From IMG/VR virus record IMGVR_UViG_3300025141_010453, positions 30,013 through 94,012 of that record: a stretch of 64,000 nt of DNA; one strand, given 5' to 3'. The notes under the pieces are model-generated. The model searched no databases, was not told the origin of the DNA, and saw only the letters and a list, made by a program, of their open reading frames with translations. Shown here piece by piece: positions 59,605-64,000 of the stretch (position 1 is its first letter; each line of letters starts with the position of its first letter). The stretch is from a virus. Position numbers and translations under genes: made by a program.

Positions 59605-59988
59605 TTATAATCTTCTAGATTTTAACCAAAAAATTTCTCTACCAGCACGAGTTTCTAGTGCTCTAAGTTTTTGTGTGGATTTTTTGAGGTCTACCCCTTC
59701 AGCTCTTTGGAGGTCTTGCATTAAATATTCATTAAATTCTAATATGTCGGCAAGTAACTCTTCAGAATATTGTACTCTATCCTGTAACTGAGTAATTTGT
59801 TCCTCCATGAGTGCCATTATTTCTTCTGGGCTAAGGACTCTTTCCAGTTCATCTTCTAAATTGTCCCCCATCATCATTTCTTCATCTTCTAATGTTGCTA
59901 AGACTTCGTCATCCCCTAATTCTTGTTCTACTATCTTTTGAATCAACCCTGTTAGTTGTTCTTCAGTTAATGTTAATTTTTTTGCCAT
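59605..59988 (-). CDS. Putative head-internal coiled-coil protein
   Basis: MAKKLTLTEEQLTGLIQKIVEQE leader; late motif at 60005-60014. Confidence 0.6.
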   Translation of the reverse strand: MAKKLTLTEEQLTGLIQKIVEQELGDDEVLATLEDEEMMMGDNLEDELERVLSPEEIMALMEEQITQLQDRVQYSEELLADILEFNEYLMQDLQRAEGVDLKKSTQKLRALETRAGREIFWLKSRRL

Positions 59989-60026
59989 TGTTAATTACTT
60001 TTTATATAAATATACCCATAGTTTTA

Positions 60027-60057
60027 TTTGTCTCTTAAATTATTTATATTATCTTTG
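60027..60057 (+). promoter_or_regulatory. Bacteroidota housekeeping promoter
   Basis: TTTG-N19-TATCTTTG, 4 nt before ATG 60062. Confidence 0.75.
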
Positions 60058-60061
60058 CATT

Positions 60062-60223
60062 ATGAAAGAAAAACTTAAAACACATAAGCTGATAGGTATA
60101 GATGACACTAATCATGAACGATTAGTTAATGTGGGTAAACTAAAACAAAAAGGTTTAGCTCATAAAGCTTACTGGAGTATGGGCAAGTCTTACTACTGGG
60201 TTAAACGAGGAAATAAAATATAA
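60062..60223 (+). CDS. Small hypothetical protein, 53 aa (not in the ORF track)
   Basis: MKEKLKTHKLIGIDD...YYWVKRGNKI directly after a promoter. Confidence 0.6.
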   Translation: MKEKLKTHKLIGIDDTNHERLVNVGKLKQKGLAHKAYWSMGKSYYWVKRGNKI

Positions 60224-60227
60224 TATT

Positions 60228-60407
60228 ATGACTAGTAATCAAGAAGACACGATGTATGTCATCCACACTAAAGTGGAAGAATTAAATATATCTCGGGAAT
60301 TTCATACTCAAGTAGAAAAAATGTGTACTCAGGACAAACATAAATGGAAAGATATGTGTGAGAAATGGGAATACGCATTTAATAAAGTTAAAAATAAAGC
60401 AAAATAA
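60228..60407 (+). CDS. Small hypothetical protein, 59 aa (not in the ORF track)
   Basis: MTSNQEDTMYVIH...KWEYAFNKVKNKAK, followed by a terminator. Confidence 0.6.
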   Translation: MTSNQEDTMYVIHTKVEELNISREFHTQVEKMCTQDKHKWKDMCEKWEYAFNKVKNKAK

Positions 60408-60436
60408 AAACCCTGGCCGTCGCCAAGGTTTTTTTT
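60406..60436. terminator. Probable bidirectional terminator
   Basis: AAAAACCCTGGC-cgtc-GCCAAGGTTTTTTTT. Confidence 0.65.
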
Positions 60437-60546
60437 ACAACTCATAAGTTATTTAAAATCCGGTATTAGTTTAAATCTTTTGGTTGCGGGAAAAAACTTT
60501 AACTAATTGCAACCCTTTCAAATTACTTATCCTGTTCTACTACTTT

Positions 60547-60969
60547 TTAGAATTTATATGACAAACCAAGATTGAAAGTGCCCTCTCTTTCTTCGTTCTC
60601 ATCTTCTTTTAATCCCATACTATAGTTTGGTTCAACATTAAGACCTTTCCATACATTGAAGGAATACCCAATCCCAACAGTTAAGTTGTCTAAAGTTTCT
60701 TCAGTTGGTGCTTGAAGTGATACGTAAGCATCTCCTTTAAGATTGTATCTTCCCCATAAGTCATAAACTGTTTCACCTTCAGCGTCTTCACCGTTTTGAA
60801 TGAAACCTACAGTCCACGTGTCATTTAAAGCATACCCAATACCGAAGTTTTGAGTTACTTTATCCATCGTTTCCTCTTGGTCACCGTCATAAGTAGTAAC
60901 TACAGTAAATTGTGCTGATGCAACTAATGTCATCAAAGCTACAGCGGATGTTAAAATTAATTTTTTCAT
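60547..60969 (-). CDS. Small outer-membrane beta-barrel protein
   Basis: Signal peptide ending ASA|Q, alternating beta-strands, C-terminal beta-signal FNLGLSYKF. Confidence 0.8.
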   Translation of the reverse strand: MKKLILTSAVALMTLVASAQFTVVTTYDGDQEETMDKVTQNFGIGYALNDTWTVGFIQNGEDAEGETVYDLWGRYNLKGDAYVSLQAPTEETLDNLTVGIGYSFNVWKGLNVEPNYSMGLKEDENEEREGTFNLGLSYKF

Positions 60970-61051
60970 TTAAATATTATTTTTTTAACTTTTATATTTT
61001 TGATATTCTTTTTAAGATGCTCAAAAATAAACATCTCTTTTCATTACTGTG

Positions 61052-61276
61052 TTATTTTTTAACAAAGAATGATGTTAATAATACTAGTACAACTAAGCCT
61101 ACAAATCCACCATTTCCTAATGATGTAATAAGTGTAGTAAGATTAGCTACAACATCCATTCCAAATACGGCACCACCTGTTAAGATGTACCAAAGAATCG
61201 TTACTGGAAGAACTGCCATCAAGACTGTTCCTAATCCTCCAACGAAACCTGTAATTTGTTTAATTACGTTATCCAT
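61052..61276 (-). CDS. Small inner-membrane protein
   Basis: 74 aa, almost entirely hydrophobic, Gly-rich helices, ends in KK. Confidence 0.7.
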   Translation of the reverse strand: MDNVIKQITGFVGGLGTVLMAVLPVTILWYILTGGAVFGMDVVANLTTLITSLGNGGFVGLVVLVLLTSFFVKK

Positions 61277-61525
61277 AATTTTTTCTTTTTTTTATCGGTT
61301 TATATCTCTTAAATTCCGGGACTTAGGAGATGACCACCTTACTTAGGATATCCAATTAAGATGGTCTTGTTAATATGTACCGCTTCATTTCAAAAAGTCA
61401 ACACTTTTACAAAAACTGGGGTTTTGGAGTTAAAATATGGTAAAAATTCAGCTGTTTGGGTGGTTTAGTACGACAAATCTCTCTTGATTTTGGGGTAAAT
61501 TTGTATTATTATTTTAAAAAACTCT

Positions 61526-62533
61526 ATGAAATTAAAGACACTTAAACTCGAAAATAAAGAATATTCTACTTCAATTTTAGATTTATTACGTTTATTGGAC
61601 CCCTCTAAAACCGGTAAATTTATGACAATTTTATTAAATGAATTAAAATTCTATAATAACTCTATCCCTCTAGGTGCGAGAAATATACGCCTATTAAATC
61701 ACCCAATAAAAACTCTAAATGTAGTGCAGGAAGAAATAATAGAAAATTTAATAGACTGTTTAGGTGGTAGTGATGTTATTAACGATTTGGAGAAATTCGA
61801 AGTTTTGTGTGAAGAGAATTTAATTAGTATTACGGACATTCAAGAATATAAATCTTTAGGGGAGTTGTCTTTGGCGGTTATAGACGCTGAAGAAAAACGT
61901 AAAAATGTAGACTCGTCTCCACACAAAGAAATAGTTTTTGAGCATCCAGATTATCTACTACTCAAACCTTTAAATGTGTTTGCTTCTAAAAAATATGGAG
62001 CCTCTACTAAGTGGTGTACCTCAAGTAGGGACCCCCAAACTTTTTATCGATACTCAGAAAAAGGCATATTAATTTATATAATCTCTAAAAAAGATAAAAC
62101 TAAATGGGCGGTATATTATGATATGAGCCTTAAAGAACTTTCATGGTGGAACACAAAAGATGTATTAATAGACGGCTACTTAGTGGATTTGCCTGAACAA
62201 CTAAAAAAAGATATTTTAAACTACATTTTAAATGAACCTAACTATAATAGTTATTATTTTGATGCCCAAACTAAATTAAATTCTAAAGAAGTGTTAGATA
62301 ACATTAATGAGGTAGTGATTGATATTGATGGGGATAATATAGATGTATTGTGTGAACCTAGTGCACCATCCACACTAAATGTTGTGTGGCCTCCCGGCAT
62401 CAACCCTAATGATATGAGATATGAAACAACAACAACTAATTCATCAGAAAAAATTGATTCTATGGTTAGAAAAACCTTAGAATATCATTATACTATTTCT
62501 GCTTTAAATAAGGGTGGGGAAGAAATGAGTTAA
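61526..62533 (+). CDS. Hypothetical protein with P....AS.KYG..TKWC motif (possibly PcfJ-like)
   Basis: DPSKTGKF and LKPLNVFASKKYGASTKWCTS..F..Y...G.LIYII. Confidence 0.5.
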   Translation: MKLKTLKLENKEYSTSILDLLRLLDPSKTGKFMTILLNELKFYNNSIPLGARNIRLLNHPIKTLNVVQEEIIENLIDCLGGSDVINDLEKFEVLCEENLISITDIQEYKSLGELSLAVIDAEEKRKNVDSSPHKEIVFEHPDYLLLKPLNVFASKKYGASTKWCTSSRDPQTFYRYSEKGILIYIISKKDKTKWAVYYDMSLKELSWWNTKDVLIDGYLVDLPEQLKKDILNYILNEPNYNSYYFDAQTKLNSKEVLDNINEVVIDIDGDNIDVLCEPSAPSTLNVVWPPGINPNDMRYETTTTNSSEKIDSMVRKTLEYHYTISALNKGGEEMS

Positions 62534-62848
62534 TTAACTCATATAATATTTTAATTTCTCTGCGTATACTGAAGGTGGTTGTACTCCTTGTAATGTTTCT
62601 TGTACTTCACCGTCTTTGAATATTTTAACACTGGGAATTCCTCTAATTCCATATCTACCCGCAATTTCTCGTTGTTGGTCCACATCTACTTTATATACAT
62701 TAGCAGGATAGGTAGCAGATAAACTGTTTATTGTGGGGGTTAACATTCTACATGGGCCACACCATGCAGCCCAGAAATCTATTAAAACAGCTTTTTTCTC
62801 CTTATCATTAATAATTGAATCAAATTCTTTTGTTGTTGTAATATCCAT
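62534..62848 (-). CDS. trxA: Thioredoxin
   Basis: DFWAAWCGPCR, KVDVD, IRGIP. Confidence 0.95.
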   Translation of the reverse strand: MDITTTKEFDSIINDKEKKAVLIDFWAAWCGPCRMLTPTINSLSATYPANVYKVDVDQQREIAGRYGIRGIPSVKIFKDGEVQETLQGVQPPSVYAEKLKYYMS

Positions 62849-62901
62849 AATTATTTTTTTTAAAAATAGTAAGAGTTTACTTAATAATAAATAGATTTCT
62901 A

Positions 62902-62933
62902 TTTGTTTAAATCATATTAATTTATTATCTTTG
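62902..62933 (+). promoter_or_regulatory. Bacteroidota housekeeping promoter
   Basis: TTTG-N20-TATCTTTG, 4 nt before ATG 62938. Confidence 0.75.
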
Positions 62934-62937
62934 GAGT

Positions 62938-63294
62938 ATGAAAAAACGAGAACTAAATAAAAGATTACAATCTAGAGTTTTGGATATTAAAGCGTGTCCA
63001 TATATGAAACATGGAAGGGTTCGGGTAATTAGAGCTCGTCAAACACAATCGAAAAGTGGAAGACATGGATGGACCTCAGTTGACATTAGAATATGTGCTA
63101 TAGTGGAGAGTAATTATGGTGATTGGCTTCCCCTTACAGAGTTTGGCCCTCGTCATATTAGAAAGTTCTTACGAAGACATAAAAATAATGTTCCTAATAC
63201 AGTAAATTCATGGACAAAGTTGTGGGGCTTTCCAAGCGACTCTGACATCACAATAAACACAATAGAATTAGTAAATAACCCTTGTTATGTGTAA
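62938..63294 (+). CDS. Basic hypothetical protein
   Basis: 118-aa ORF directly after a promoter. Confidence 0.6.
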   Translation: MKKRELNKRLQSRVLDIKACPYMKHGRVRVIRARQTQSKSGRHGWTSVDIRICAIVESNYGDWLPLTEFGPRHIRKFLRRHKNNVPNTVNSWTKLWGFPSDSDITINTIELVNNPCYV

Positions 63295-63323
63295 CTACAA
63301 AGATAAATTTTACGTATATAATA
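63289..63323 (+). repeat. Intergenic direct repeat, copy 1 (35 bp identical core)
   Basis: GTGTAACTACAAAGATAAATTTTACGTATATAATA. Confidence 0.9.
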
Positions 63324-63363
63324 GTATACCAACCGAATATTTAACCAACCAAATTAAAATAAA

Positions 63364-63891
63364 ATGAAAAAAATCCTTACCATATTATTAGTTTTAGTTT
63401 CTCTTATATCTTTTTCTCAAGAATATTATAGAGATACCATAATAGAAAGAGCAATATTTAATGAAGTTAACCGTCACAGAGATAGTGTGGGTGTTCATAT
63501 TGTACAGTTTAACCCAGATAATACAAGAGCGGTATCATGGGGAGAAGTTTTAATTCAAAACGATTTAGATGGAAACCTAATATATCACTGTAGTTGTGCA
63601 GCAGGAATAGAAATTATAGCTCTTGCCGTTATTGGTGATGATATGAAAATTCACCTGTCTGTCGAAGAAATAGCTAAAAAAATGGTATGGTTATGGGATA
63701 ATTCCCCTGCACATAAAAAAGGAATGGAAAGTAAGTACATGACAAGAGGGTTTAACTCAGTTTATATTTTTAAAAGTACTAGGATTAATAAGTACGTAGC
63801 AGTTTCTGTATTTCAGTTTTTACGAGATAAAGAATATTATATAAATTTAGACTGGGACGAAAATGAAAAAGTACCTAATAGATTTCTTTAA
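63364..63891 (+). CDS. Secreted CAP/SCP-domain protein
   Basis: Signal peptide ending SFS|Q; VN.HR, H, W.NSP.H..M. Confidence 0.75.
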   Translation: MKKILTILLVLVSLISFSQEYYRDTIIERAIFNEVNRHRDSVGVHIVQFNPDNTRAVSWGEVLIQNDLDGNLIYHCSCAAGIEIIALAVIGDDMKIHLSVEEIAKKMVWLWDNSPAHKKGMESKYMTRGFNSVYIFKSTRINKYVAVSVFQFLRDKEYYINLDWDENEKVPNRFL

Positions 63892-63893
63892 AA

Positions 63894-63928
63894 GTGTAAC
63901 TACAAAGATAAATTTTACGTATATAATA
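63894..63928 (+). repeat. Intergenic direct repeat, copy 2
   Basis: Identical 35-bp core; similarity continues as ACCAACC.AAT.TTTAAC. Confidence 0.9.
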
Positions 63929-63965
63929 ATACCAACCAAATGTTTAACTAATTAAATAAAATTCA

Positions 63966-64000
63966 ATGAAAAACCTAATAACCATATTACTATTGCTACT
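63966..64000 (+). CDS. Start of a signal-peptide-bearing protein (truncated by window end)
   Basis: MKNLITIITIA... Confidence 0.5.
   Translation, partial: MKNLITILLLL

Noticed and set aside
1072-61346. Many antisense or nested ORFs in the track (e.g. 9960-10331, 24579-24974, 31915-32679, 45062-45457, 60912-61346)
   Set aside because: They are shadow frames of well-supported genes, with no motifs or promoter context

Overview
This strongly AT-rich window is part of a large (jumbo-type) tailed phage with a T4-like head module, most likely infecting a Bacteroidota/Flavobacteria host. Host evidence: TTTG-N19/20-TAnnTTTG promoters, A-rich leaders without Shine-Dalgarno sites, a DnaK ending in DVEFEEVK, signal peptides cleaved before Gln, and a Bacteroidota-style tmRNA resume site. 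Layout: (1) 1-18.5 kb, a one-strand glycan-biosynthesis island (GT2, GT11, GT17, DUF5672, DUF3431, RfbH, RmlD-like, GDP-mannose 3,5-epimerase-like, B12 radical SAM, and a cupin / NTP-transferase-kinase / GmhA-like / split transketolase / SdhL / HAD module). (2) 18.5-29 kb, PhoH, two more glycosyltransferases, a gp55-like sigma factor and baseplate/virion genes. (3) 29-44 kb minus strand, terminase, portal, prohead protease, scaffold and major capsid protein plus acidic head proteins. (4) 44-53.5 kb, DnaK divergent from an N-domain-less ClpC, several peptidases, a T5orf172-RAMA nuclease and a tmRNA with an unusually long tag. (5) 53.5-64 kb, probable capsid-packaged proteins, an outer-membrane beta-barrel gene, thioredoxin and secreted proteins preceded by a repeated intergenic element. 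The strongest candidates for undescribed biology are a phage-private trans-translation/proteostasis system, a cytoplasmic virion-glycosylation pathway containing SdhL, a late promoter (ATATTTAT) that is the reverse complement of the T4 late promoter, and a shared N-terminal capsid-targeting propeptide. All calls come from reading motifs by eye; no database searches were run.
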